From an uncultured archaeon (GTDB lineage: Archaea; Altiarchaeota; Altiarchaeia; IMC4; SCGC-AAA252-I15), in assembly GCA_902384455.1 (NCBI GenBank), contig CABMCB010000079.1, positions 618 to 64,617 of the forward strand: a stretch of 64,000 bases of DNA, read 5' to 3'. The translations under genes and the position numbers were made by a program. Of the stretch, positions 8,164 to 17,415 are shown piece by piece. The notes under the pieces are model-generated. The model ran no database searches, had not been told where the DNA came from, and was given only the letters and a program-made list of their open reading frames with translations. Position 1 is the stretch's first letter, and each line of letters begins with the position of its first letter.

Positions 8164-11100
8164 ATGCAGTTCCATCCCTTAACTCCCGATGAGGCCGGCG
8201 TCAAAGCTGCTGTGGAACCTCCGCTTGTCGTTCCAGCGGCAGCCGAGGCGCAAGCGAATTTGCCCCCCGTAATGCGCCGACTTAGTGAAACAGACGCCAA
8301 GAGGGGGACTCAACTTTTGCCTGCTTGGAGAAAGTTCCTTGACGACCAGGAGGCAGGTCGTCTTCCGGGCGTATCAGACAAGGAAGTGGCTGCGTTGATG
8401 CGTCTTGGCCAGGTTGCTGAGCCGGAGTTTGAAAGGGCCGTTAAAATTCTGTCTCAGAGTGGGGAAGCGGAGTATGAAGTCAAAGGCAGGTACGTCCGCA
8501 CTTTAGCTACGTTGGTGGATGCGTTGCCTGAGGAGGAGATGGCTGGGGGCGTACGCTCTTTCAGCACTTCTTTCGAGCAGGAGACTGCAAGGCGCATTGG
8601 GGTGTGTGATGTGGTCGACAGCATCGCAAAAAGGCCTAGAAACTACATGGGGCAGGATCTTATGCATTTCTCTTTTATGCGGGAGGTTGGCGCATACGAC
8701 GTATTTTGGGATTTTAGGGACTCTCTGCCGCCTAATATGCGGGGGTTTTATGACCGTGTGGCGTTCGACGTTTACGATAATTCCTATGATGCGCGCGAGG
8801 GTTTGATTGAGTTCAACAGGCATTTATCCGAGACTGAGGAGGGGCTTCGGGAGCCGTATCTCGAAATGCTGGCGGCTGGAGTAAACGCGCCGTTATTCTC
8901 CGACCAAAACGCAGAACCCCGCAAGAATCTGATGGCCCGCAGGGATGAGGAACCAGTTAAAAACGCTCTTCGTGCCGCGAAATCAATGGAAGGAGAAACA
9001 AGGCGCCAATTCATAGAATGCGCAGAACACGTAGCCTCAATGAACGGCGATTACGCCGCGCATTTAACTCGTTTGACCGAGGCCGTGTTAGGCGTTGATG
9101 AAGGCAGAAGGCCGTCTTTGGTTGGGTTAATTCATGAGGGTAGCAGGGATGCCTTTTCTTACTTTGACCGGAATGTTGCTGTTCGTAGGTATTTGGGGCA
9201 GTTGGACTGGTTCACAAATCCTGATAATAGGGAATTGCGCGACCGGTCATTGAGGCTCATTGAGGGTTTGCAGGAGGGTGAAGGCGAGGACTTGAAGAAG
9301 GCGATGTTTTTCTATCTAAGGCGTCTTAAAGAAGACGTTCCTGTAGAACAGTACAATGCTCCCATCGCGTCCCTCATAGGCAAGGCGGAGGCATTAGGTC
9401 CTGAAAGAGCTAGTTACCTTCGGCTTATTTCGCCATCTAAGCAAGGCATTGATAATTCCTCCGGCGAAAGTGACTTATTTACGAAGATATTGGATCGTGC
9501 GAACTCTTTGAGCGCTGAGGAAATACGTTGCATCCACTCTAACGCAACCTCGCTGGGAGACGCATCAGAAGACTACTTCAAGATCCTGAGAAAAGTACTT
9601 GTAAACTCATCAACCGACGAGCAGCTTCATACAAACCTGTCGACCGTCAACGCGCTAATAACTGAGCCTCTAAGCCAAGGAAACACCGCCCAAGCAGCAG
9701 GCAGAGCATACTTGTTGGGCTGCTTCTCAGACCAATTTTTGTACGACACCCACAGCAACGACTACATGGACAAGTCGCTCGCCAGAATGAACCAGCTGCT
9801 CACAAACCCCGCCGGAATAAGAGCCACAGAAATACTCCCGCAGCTGCCTCCAGAACAAAAGGAAGCATACGGTCAAATCATAGCGTTCACACCCCACGTA
9901 TGGAATCTAAAAGAAGAACACGTTGTGCCCGCAGTAGAAGCATTAAACGCCGCAGTAATAGGCCCTGACGGCTTAGTGCAACGTCATACGCCCCTGACGC
10001 TTCACCTATTAAACGAGTACTGCAATGAAAACAGGTATAATAGTTCGGCATCAGACAAAACAGTAAACGGATTCGTCAACATCCTTAACCTACATCAAAA
10101 ACCAGAGTTCCAGGCCATCTCCTCCATTTACGAGCAGCTAGGAAACCCAGAAGTAGTCCGTGAAATGGCTGCCAGAGAGCAATCAACCAAAAGAGATACC
10201 ATAACGTCAGCAAGAGACTTTGAGGACGTGTCAGGTTTATCAGGCCACTACAGGGGTGCTTTGCTTAAGGCCGTGGGTGTCATTGTCTCCTCGTCAGCCC
10301 CAGAGGACCTAAGCCAAAACTTGGCGGATTTCGTGTCAGTTTACGGGCAACACCTAAACGGAACCTCCTCCGCCTACCTAGACATTATCCCAAAAGTCTC
10401 CCCAACTTCCAAAGCCGACTTCACAGAAAGATTCAGGCAACTAAACTCCCGCATAATAGCGCTCGAAAGGCCGCAGCCTGTGCTTACTGTTCCAGCAAAA
10501 AGTTATGGTTGCGAAAAAGCGTGCGTAGGGCTTGCCGACGCATACCTTGAATGCGCTGGTAATGTCCTTGCTAAATGCAGGGATAACATGCCGTTGGTTG
10601 ACGCGCTGGTGGACGCTCAACCCACAGACCGGCTTAAGGCTAGGTGGCTTGTCGCGGTAAACGCGATGGTCTCAAAAGGCTCTGGGGATATAGGGGAAAG
10701 GCTTCAGCAGATTTCAGAGTTTTCCCGGTCTCTACCGCCCGATGAACGCCAAAGGTACTTCGAAACAGTTGAGCGGCTGACTGTGGGTAACTTTTATGGG
10801 CCTATGGAAAGCGTCCACGGTTTGGTGCGTCCTCTTGAGTCTTCGCAGAGTCGGCAGGATGTTTTGTTTGCGGCTTCTAGCGTTCTTTCAGGTGACGGCG
10901 AGAATCTTCCTGTTCTTCAGGATTTGTCGAATCGACTCCGATTGGCGGAGTTACGCTCTAAAGCGGTGTCTTCGGAAGGTGCAGTCTCTGAGCAGGAATT
11001 AGAGAGGTGTCAGCTTCTTACTGATGTCTGCGGGTGTGCGGCGAGAGTTTCGACGGGGTTTCCCATATTGTCTGACCGGCTTAGGTACCAGAATGATGAA

Positions 11101-13533
11101 GAGGAGGTTAACCGCACAATCAGGTTGGTTGTTGGGTCTATGGTGGAGGACGCAGACAGGGTAAGTAGCAGTCTTTCGGGTGTTCAAGAAAATGATGCGT
11201 TGGCCGGCACCAGAAAGCTTTACGGAGAGTTCGGCGCGAAAGCTAGGGCGTGCAGGGATGCGTTCGACCAAGGGGATATGCCTTTGTTTCAGCAGAGGTT
11301 TGGTGAGTTGGCGCAGTCCTTTGAAGGAGCATTAAAGGAGAATTACGGATTAGTCGATGGGATGCGCGGCGAAGCGTACTCGGCCTTGGACTCATCCATT
11401 GCTCAATGCCAAGTTGACGCACAATTTTTGGCGCAAGAGCGTAAGAAGGTTTTCCATGATTGGTCTATGGGCAATGGATACTTCTATGTGACAAAAAAAC
11501 CGCGGTATTCCACGCGGCATGAAGACATGTTGGGCAGGGATGAACACATCAATAGAGAGCTTGTTTTCGGCAGAGAATGCCAGGCAGACGGCTGTGTAGA
11601 AGCCGCGTTAAGCGCATACTCCCACATAGCTCAGACTCCCTACAGAGGATACGACGTTTACGCCGACATGGGAGAATGCCGCCTGCTAACCGGAGACAGA
11701 GAAGGCGCGATAAGAGACTTCGAGCAAGGCATCCAGGAAACAGGCGACATAGTCGCATTCCACCACCGCGCACGCCTAGCTGCCGGGCAGCCAATAGAAC
11801 AAGACCTACTTAACCTGCCGGGACCAGCGCGCGTCATCGCCCTGAACCTAAGCCAGAAAGCAGGCAACCCCACAGAAGAAGACTTGGCGGCGTTCGAAAA
11901 TTTCGTAAGAACATTAAGGGCGCAGCCCCTCCAATTAACCAAAACCGAATCAAGAGACACAAGCTCAATATTAGACACCAAAACAAAACGCGAAACAGTA
12001 GACGTCGACACAGCAATGGGCGAACTACTGGCCTCCCAGACGTTCATACTCTGCGACGTAGTCGAAAGAGGAAACATGAGCCTAGCAAGTGCTTTTACTC
12101 TACTAACAAGGACAATAGAACAAAACGGGCAGAAAAGCGAAGACGAAATACGCACAGGCTGGAGCGCAACAAGAAGCAGGTTCATCCAAGACGTCGTCGC
12201 ATCAAGCACCCAAACACAGAAACTAGCGGGAGCAGACCCCCTTACCGCAGAATTCTACCTCCGCGGCGGCCCATACTGCCTAACCCACCTACCCGACTAC
12301 CACGCCCTCACAGAAGCAGCCCAATTCCAAGACGTACCAGACCACCTAAGAGAAGACTTCCTCAAAGCATACTGGGTACGAAGACCAAACGCCAAACTAC
12401 AATTCCAAGACACAGGCACACCCCAAAAATTCATCCGCAGAACAGGCGCCTACTACGCCCAAATACAAAACAAAGAAGACGCATTCGAATACCGACAACA
12501 AGACACAATAGCCGCCGACATATCCCTCATCGCAGAATTCGGCCCACTACCCGGAGGAAGCGTAACCTCGCTGTTCGACGCCGAAATAGGCCACCACGCA
12601 GACCCCTTCGTATACGGCAGAGAATACACTGCGCTAACAGAACTGCAGGATCGGGCAAACATGGCGCCAAGAGCAAGCAGAGAAGAAATAAATGAAGCGG
12701 CCGTACGATACAGGGCGCTTGACGCAGGATTCATAGGGCTAGCTGACGAAGCCCAGCGAGTATTCACAAGAGAAGAGCTTGCTGGAATACTTGCGCAAGC
12801 TCAGGGCAGAGGAACAGTTAGGGACGACTACTACATCCGAGAAGCTACAGCATGCTTAGACGGAGGACTACAAGACAACCTATCCAAAAAGCTCGCAGGA
12901 GAAGGGATATTCCGCGCACTGGAACTCACACGCGATACCCTCCCGCAAGGGCACGAAAGAATGAGCGCGCAACTTACTCCGGTACGAGCAGACGCTGAGC
13001 AGGCTGCTCAACTCCCCTTCAAAGTCAGAGCCATGTTTGAAGGAGCACTATACCTGTCCACGTCGCAAAACACATTCCTGACCGCAGCTCCTCCAAAAAT
13101 GGGGATTCGCGGAGAACACAATTTCGAAGTAGAACAACACGTAGGCGCTGAATGGTTCACCTACCTAATCCAAGAAAAAACAAGGACGTTGCTTGCTGAA
13201 GGAAGCATAGCGCCAACCGCCTACGACAGATTTTCACGCAACATGCCGCTAATACTGCAGGCAAGAGGCCTACCTAAGACTCCGGGCGTTGAAGCCAGGG
13301 AGCATTCCGACGAGGAAATATGGCGAAACATGTCTGACGTCGCCGACTATGCTATGGGTTTCACGCGAACGGAAGGATACGCGGCAATAAGGCAGATGGA
13401 GGAAGCGAGGCCTAGGAGGGCTTTGATGACTGCGTACTTAAACCATCTTGATCGGCGGTTTAGGTCTGGGAGTGTTTCTTTCCCTGAACTATGTCAGCTT
13501 TCAGACGATTTAAGAGTCCAATTCGACGAATGA
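8164..13533 (+). CDS. Giant (1789 aa) soluble, predominantly alpha-helical protein of unknown function
   Basis: Uninterrupted ORF. By eye there is no TM segment, no signal peptide, and no Walker, HExxH or other catalytic motif. One TPR-like stretch is visible (YADMGECRLLTGDREGAIRDFEQGIQ). Confidence 0.7.
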   Translation: MQFHPLTPDEAGVKAAVEPPLVVPAAAEAQANLPPVMRRLSETDAKRGTQLLPAWRKFLDDQEAGRLPGVSDKEVAALMRLGQVAEPEFERAVKILSQSGEAEYEVKGRYVRTLATLVDALPEEEMAGGVRSFSTSFEQETARRIGVCDVVDSIAKRPRNYMGQDLMHFSFMREVGAYDVFWDFRDSLPPNMRGFYDRVAFDVYDNSYDAREGLIEFNRHLSETEEGLREPYLEMLAAGVNAPLFSDQNAEPRKNLMARRDEEPVKNALRAAKSMEGETRRQFIECAEHVASMNGDYAAHLTRLTEAVLGVDEGRRPSLVGLIHEGSRDAFSYFDRNVAVRRYLGQLDWFTNPDNRELRDRSLRLIEGLQEGEGEDLKKAMFFYLRRLKEDVPVEQYNAPIASLIGKAEALGPERASYLRLISPSKQGIDNSSGESDLFTKILDRANSLSAEEIRCIHSNATSLGDASEDYFKILRKVLVNSSTDEQLHTNLSTVNALITEPLSQGNTAQAAGRAYLLGCFSDQFLYDTHSNDYMDKSLARMNQLLTNPAGIRATEILPQLPPEQKEAYGQIIAFTPHVWNLKEEHVVPAVEALNAAVIGPDGLVQRHTPLTLHLLNEYCNENRYNSSASDKTVNGFVNILNLHQKPEFQAISSIYEQLGNPEVVREMAAREQSTKRDTITSARDFEDVSGLSGHYRGALLKAVGVIVSSSAPEDLSQNLADFVSVYGQHLNGTSSAYLDIIPKVSPTSKADFTERFRQLNSRIIALERPQPVLTVPAKSYGCEKACVGLADAYLECAGNVLAKCRDNMPLVDALVDAQPTDRLKARWLVAVNAMVSKGSGDIGERLQQISEFSRSLPPDERQRYFETVERLTVGNFYGPMESVHGLVRPLESSQSRQDVLFAASSVLSGDGENLPVLQDLSNRLRLAELRSKAVSSEGAVSEQELERCQLLTDVCGCAARVSTGFPILSDRLRYQNDEEEVNRTIRLVVGSMVEDADRVSSSLSGVQENDALAGTRKLYGEFGAKARACRDAFDQGDMPLFQQRFGELAQSFEGALKENYGLVDGMRGEAYSALDSSIAQCQVDAQFLAQERKKVFHDWSMGNGYFYVTKKPRYSTRHEDMLGRDEHINRELVFGRECQADGCVEAALSAYSHIAQTPYRGYDVYADMGECRLLTGDREGAIRDFEQGIQETGDIVAFHHRARLAAGQPIEQDLLNLPGPARVIALNLSQKAGNPTEEDLAAFENFVRTLRAQPLQLTKTESRDTSSILDTKTKRETVDVDTAMGELLASQTFILCDVVERGNMSLASAFTLLTRTIEQNGQKSEDEIRTGWSATRSRFIQDVVASSTQTQKLAGADPLTAEFYLRGGPYCLTHLPDYHALTEAAQFQDVPDHLREDFLKAYWVRRPNAKLQFQDTGTPQKFIRRTGAYYAQIQNKEDAFEYRQQDTIAADISLIAEFGPLPGGSVTSLFDAEIGHHADPFVYGREYTALTELQDRANMAPRASREEINEAAVRYRALDAGFIGLADEAQRVFTREELAGILAQAQGRGTVRDDYYIREATACLDGGLQDNLSKKLAGEGIFRALELTRDTLPQGHERMSAQLTPVRADAEQAAQLPFKVRAMFEGALYLSTSQNTFLTAAPPKMGIRGEHNFEVEQHVGAEWFTYLIQEKTRTLLAEGSIAPTAYDRFSRNMPLILQARGLPKTPGVEAREHSDEEIWRNMSDVADYAMGFTRTEGYAAIRQMEEARPRRALMTAYLNHLDRRFRSGSVSFPELCQLSDDLRVQFDE

Positions 13534-13538
13534 AAAGT

Positions 13539-13946
13539 TCAAACGCCAAACATCCATCTTGAAATCGTCGGGAGAATGAGGTAGATGAGGATTAGGGTCA
13601 TTGCCACGTAAGTGATTATGCTTACGGCTACAAGCGTCTTCCTCCTTCCTATGTCTGCTAGGGTGCATTTGCCTCCTGATTCCCTTTTAATTGTGAAATA
13701 CAGGGAGGCTGCTAGAAACAGTGTTCCCAGCGCTTCGAACGCTATTTTGTATCTGGCTATTCTGAGCGCGGCAGCTAGGCTTCCAACGCCCAGCGTGCTG
13801 AAAGTCATCGCTAATGCGAGAGGCAGGCTGCAGCAGCTTGACGCTATTATGCTTGCTTTTATCCCGGTCCAGACGCCCTTGAGGTCCATTAGCAGATGCT
13901 GTTTGTACTCCTTTATCGGTTTTCTATTTAAGGTGAACAGTATCAA
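13539..13946 (-). CDS. MerT-like small heavy-metal transport membrane protein
   Basis: Three TM helices with a vicinal Cys pair in TM1 (IIASSCCSLPLAL) and a further Cys in the TM2-TM3 loop. The likely true start is the internal ATG at 13889, which would give 116 aa. Confidence 0.45.
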   Translation of the reverse strand: MILFTLNRKPIKEYKQHLLMDLKGVWTGIKASIIASSCCSLPLALAMTFSTLGVGSLAAALRIARYKIAFEALGTLFLAASLYFTIKRESGGKCTLADIGRRKTLVAVSIITYVAMTLILIYLILPTISRWMFGV

Positions 13947-13957
13947 AACGTTACCGT

Positions 13958-14371
13958 ATGTCTGTTCCCGCCAAAAGGAAGGTTTTGTCGCCGCAGGAAT
14001 ATTGCCCCATACGTCAGACCCTAAGCCTTCTGGGGAAACGCTGGACCATCCTCATAATCAAGGAAATATATTTTAGCTCGCACAAGAAACTGGCGTTCAA
14101 CGAGCTTAGGAAGAAGCTGGGAAGCGCAAGCGCCAAAGTTCTTTCTGAACGCCTCAAGGAGATGATTGATGCGGGCATAATCAAGAGGAAAGCCGTTAAT
14201 TCGGAGCAAAAAAGGGTTTATTATTCGCTCACGCCAAAAGGAGACGACGCATGCCACATAATCGACGAGATGAAGAAGTACGGTTTGAAATGGGGCGGAA
14301 AAGAGACGTTTGACTGCGATAAAGTCGACTGCGAATTCTGCATCAATTACTCCCCCAAAGAGGTAAAGTAA
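13958..14371 (+). CDS. HxlR-family winged-helix transcriptional regulator
   Basis: The CPIRQTLSLLGKRWTILIIKEI motif is typical of HxlR/DUF24 regulators. The gene is divergent from the MerT-like gene. Confidence 0.75.
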   Translation: MSVPAKRKVLSPQEYCPIRQTLSLLGKRWTILIIKEIYFSSHKKLAFNELRKKLGSASAKVLSERLKEMIDAGIIKRKAVNSEQKRVYYSLTPKGDDACHIIDEMKKYGLKWGGKETFDCDKVDCEFCINYSPKEVK

Positions 14372-14427
14372 GGGGCATCGGTTGCCGCAGCATTACGGTT
14401 ATAAGCTTTTACCTGTAAGTCATTAGC

Positions 14428-15975
14428 GTGGACGGGTTGGCGAAGAAGGTGTTGATTTTAATCGTATTAATATCGTTTGCCTCCTGCGTTTCTGCCGCAT
14501 ACTTGGCCGATTGGCCGATGGCCCGCAAGGACTCTCAGCATTCGGGCGCAACGGCTGCCTTATTCAACAGGTCTTCGTCTCAGATGAGGTTGCTGTGGTT
14601 TTATCAGGCAAGCGCCGCATTTCTTTCTGAGCCGGTTGTTTCTGACGTGGACGGCTCTCCGGGGCTTGAAGTTTTGATTGGCGACATCGAAGGCAACATT
14701 TACTGCTTCTCCAAAGGCGGGCAGCTTCTTTGGGTGAAGAAAATGCCCGACCGAATCACTTCCCCTCTTGCTGTTGTCAAAACTCAGTCGAGAGCGATGA
14801 TTTTTGCGGCGGTATCCGACGGTAAAATTAGGGCATTTTCAGGTTCAGGCACGCTCGTATGGGAAGTGGACGCCGGCAAGAAGATCGATAAGTCTCCAGT
14901 CACAGTGGCTGACATAACTGGCGAATTAAACCCTGTTGTGATAGTCCAAGACCTTGTTTTAACGACCGAAGGCAGGCCTTCAAGCCTGACGTTAACCAAT
15001 GTACTGGAGAATGGAATAACTCCCCTATACGGCGACTACCAGTATGTCTTGATTCAAAAACCGCAAAACAGGACGTACGTTAAAATCGACTCAGTGGACG
15101 GAATCCTCCCCGCATACGCCGACCTGAACAAAGACGGAAAAATAGAGGCGATTACCGCTTACTCCGACGGAAAAACCCCTGCCGGCTACTACATTAAGGC
15201 AACTGACCTGCAGGGGAACGAAATATGGAAATACGAAGGAGCCCACATCGCAGCATCCCCCTCCATAGGCGACATAGACGGAGACGGGTCACTGGAAATA
15301 ATATTCCCCGCAGAAGACAGCAGCCTACACATACTACGACCGTCCGGCGCTGAAGCATACTCAATACCAACGCAAGGACTAAGCGGATACGCCCCAGCAA
15401 TAGCCGACATAAACGGCGACGGATACGCAGAAATCGCAGTAGCATCACACCTAGGCGGCCTATACGTATTCGGCTACCCGCTAGAAACGCCGTCAACAGA
15501 CGAAAACAACGGCGACAAAACCAAAACAGAAAACGACTCCTACATTACACCCCTGCTTCTGCTCGGAGGCGGAGCCTTGGCCATAATACTCGTATTCATA
15601 CTCGGCCACTTCTCCATGGGCACAGAACTGTTCATGAAACGAAGCGACAAAAGAACACCCGGCAAAGCAACAATCAAAAACGTCGCGGGAGAAATACGCA
15701 AACAAAAAGAGGCGGCACGAGAAGTAGACGTAAACTGGGGAAACACAGTAGCCCAAGAAGTCGGCTCATCAGACCCAGTATTCACCCACGAACTACTCAA
15801 CCTCATACTAAAACAGAAGGCCGTAAAATCCAGCGAAGCAGCACGTTACTTCAGCATAAGCCACCTTAAGGTCGCAAACGCCGCAACAGAACTGGAAAAA
15901 AGAGGGTTCATAGAAATAGACGCACACCTAGACAAAAGCGACCCAATACTTAGGCCTAAACCCGGCAAATTCTGA
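14428..15975 (+). CDS. Signal peptide + PQQ-like/FG-GAP beta-propeller ectodomain + TM helix + cytoplasmic winged-helix-like domain
   Basis: WPMARKDSQHSG is a PQQ-like propeller start. GDIDGDGSLEI and ADINGDGYAEI are FG-GAP-type motifs. The TM helix is PLLLLGGGALAIILVFILGHF. The C-terminal HELLNLILKQKAVKSSEAARYFSISHLKVANAATELEKRGFIEID resembles a MarR-type wHTH. Confidence 0.6.
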   Translation: MDGLAKKVLILIVLISFASCVSAAYLADWPMARKDSQHSGATAALFNRSSSQMRLLWFYQASAAFLSEPVVSDVDGSPGLEVLIGDIEGNIYCFSKGGQLLWVKKMPDRITSPLAVVKTQSRAMIFAAVSDGKIRAFSGSGTLVWEVDAGKKIDKSPVTVADITGELNPVVIVQDLVLTTEGRPSSLTLTNVLENGITPLYGDYQYVLIQKPQNRTYVKIDSVDGILPAYADLNKDGKIEAITAYSDGKTPAGYYIKATDLQGNEIWKYEGAHIAASPSIGDIDGDGSLEIIFPAEDSSLHILRPSGAEAYSIPTQGLSGYAPAIADINGDGYAEIAVASHLGGLYVFGYPLETPSTDENNGDKTKTENDSYITPLLLLGGGALAIILVFILGHFSMGTELFMKRSDKRTPGKATIKNVAGEIRKQKEAAREVDVNWGNTVAQEVGSSDPVFTHELLNLILKQKAVKSSEAARYFSISHLKVANAATELEKRGFIEIDAHLDKSDPILRPKPGKF

Positions 15976-16078
15976 CCAAGTATAGTCTCGTACACCACAC
16001 TGCACTGCCTTTATTTAGGGGGTGTTTGCGTCTAATAAACTGAAGTTATTAAGCCGCCTTAACCCAAAATTAACCCTA

Positions 16079-16996
16079 ATGGAATCGTCAGCTGTCAGCT
16101 ACGGGGCGGCCACAGTGGTTGCGGCGTTTGCTAGCGGTAAAGGAGGGGCAGTATCGACCCAACTGAAGACATTCGCCAACGTAAATCTCACTAAAGGAAA
16201 AAAAATCGAGGCCGAAATCATAGGCGGCCCTAAGGAGGATACTACTCTGCTTAAGGCCTGTGTTAAGAGGACTTTGGATTTTTATGGTTTCAATTTTGGT
16301 TGTAGGATTGAGACTGAAAGTGACATTCCTATTGCGCGCGGGCTGAAGAGTTCTTCTGCTGCGGCGAATGCGGCGTGTCTTGCTGTTGCGGGCGCTTTGT
16401 GCAAGGAGCACGGGCATGTAGAGCAGACGCGCTTAGGGAAGAGTCCGCCTGAAAACGTCTATTTCATAGGCAAAAAGCGAGTTGACGCTCTTGACGTGGT
16501 CAAATTGGGTGTGGCTGCGGCTTTTGACGCTAAGGTGACTGTTACGGGCGCTTTCGACGACGCCGCTGCGAGCATGCTGGGGGGGTTCGTTCTTACCGAC
16601 AACGCGAAGAACGTCATAGTCCGCAGAGGCGAGATGGAGGAGCTGCCCGTAATAATCCACGTGCCTAAGATGCGTTCATACAGCGGCAAAGTGGACTTAA
16701 GCCGGCTGATGCTGCTAAAGAGGGAGGTAGATTTCGCCTGGGAGGAGGCGCGCAAAGGAGGCGTCTACACCGCATTGACTCTCAACGGAATACTGACTGC
16801 AAACGCACTAAACCTTTCCACAGAACCCATCTTCCAAGCTTTGGACGCAGGCGCAATAGCCGCCGGAATAAGCGGGAAAGGCCCGTCTACTGTCGCCATA
16901 TCGCGCAAGCCGGAAGATGTTGTTGCCGCATGGAGCAAGCTGCCCGGCAAAATCATAGTCACCAAACTAAACAACAAGAAAGCAGAAATCTTATGA
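16079..16996 (+). CDS. aroK: Shikimate kinase, archaeal GHMP-kinase type
   Basis: GHMP motif GLKSSSAAANA and an N-terminus (SYGAATVVAAFASGKG) typical of archaeal shikimate kinases. The ORF track starts at GTG 16022. ATG 16079 fits better with the TATA-like tttattta near 16011. Confidence 0.8.
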   Translation: MESSAVSYGAATVVAAFASGKGGAVSTQLKTFANVNLTKGKKIEAEIIGGPKEDTTLLKACVKRTLDFYGFNFGCRIETESDIPIARGLKSSSAAANAACLAVAGALCKEHGHVEQTRLGKSPPENVYFIGKKRVDALDVVKLGVAAAFDAKVTVTGAFDDAAASMLGGFVLTDNAKNVIVRRGEMEELPVIIHVPKMRSYSGKVDLSRLMLLKREVDFAWEEARKGGVYTALTLNGILTANALNLSTEPIFQALDAGAIAAGISGKGPSTVAISRKPEDVVAAWSKLPGKIIVTKLNNKKAEIL

Positions 16997-17412
16997 CAGC
17001 AAAGACGCAGTACATAAGCCTAAAGACTCTTGGAGAAGGCTCCATAATAGACTTGACTTCTAAGGTCGCGGAGATAGTAGAGAAATCCAAAATAAAGGAA
17101 GGCACAGCAACAGTTTTCTGCGTCGGAAGCACAGGCGCAATAAGCACAATAGAATACGAGCCCGGCCTGCAGAAGGATTTGCCCAAGATTCTAGACAAAA
17201 TCGCGCCATCCGACTTCCCCTACAGCCACCACACCACATGGAACGACAACAACGGAAGAAGCCACGTCCGAGCGACATTAATCGGCCCAAGCCTCACCGT
17301 CCCAATAACATCAGGCAAGCTCGTTTTGGGTCAGTGGCAGCAAATAGTGTTCATTGAGTTGGACACGCGAGGAAGAGACAGGCAGATTGCGGTGCAGATA
17401 ACCGGCGAATAA
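16993..17412 (+). CDS. YjbQ/UPF0047 family protein (secondary thiamine-phosphate synthase family)
   Basis: IDLTSKV...ATVFCVGSTGAISTIEYEPG, then H-rich SHHTTWNDNNGRSHVRATL, then LVLGQWQQIVFIELD. The ATG overlaps the aroK stop (ATGA). Confidence 0.8.
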   Translation: MTAKTQYISLKTLGEGSIIDLTSKVAEIVEKSKIKEGTATVFCVGSTGAISTIEYEPGLQKDLPKILDKIAPSDFPYSHHTTWNDNNGRSHVRATLIGPSLTVPITSGKLVLGQWQQIVFIELDTRGRDRQIAVQITGE

Positions 17413-17415
17413 AGT

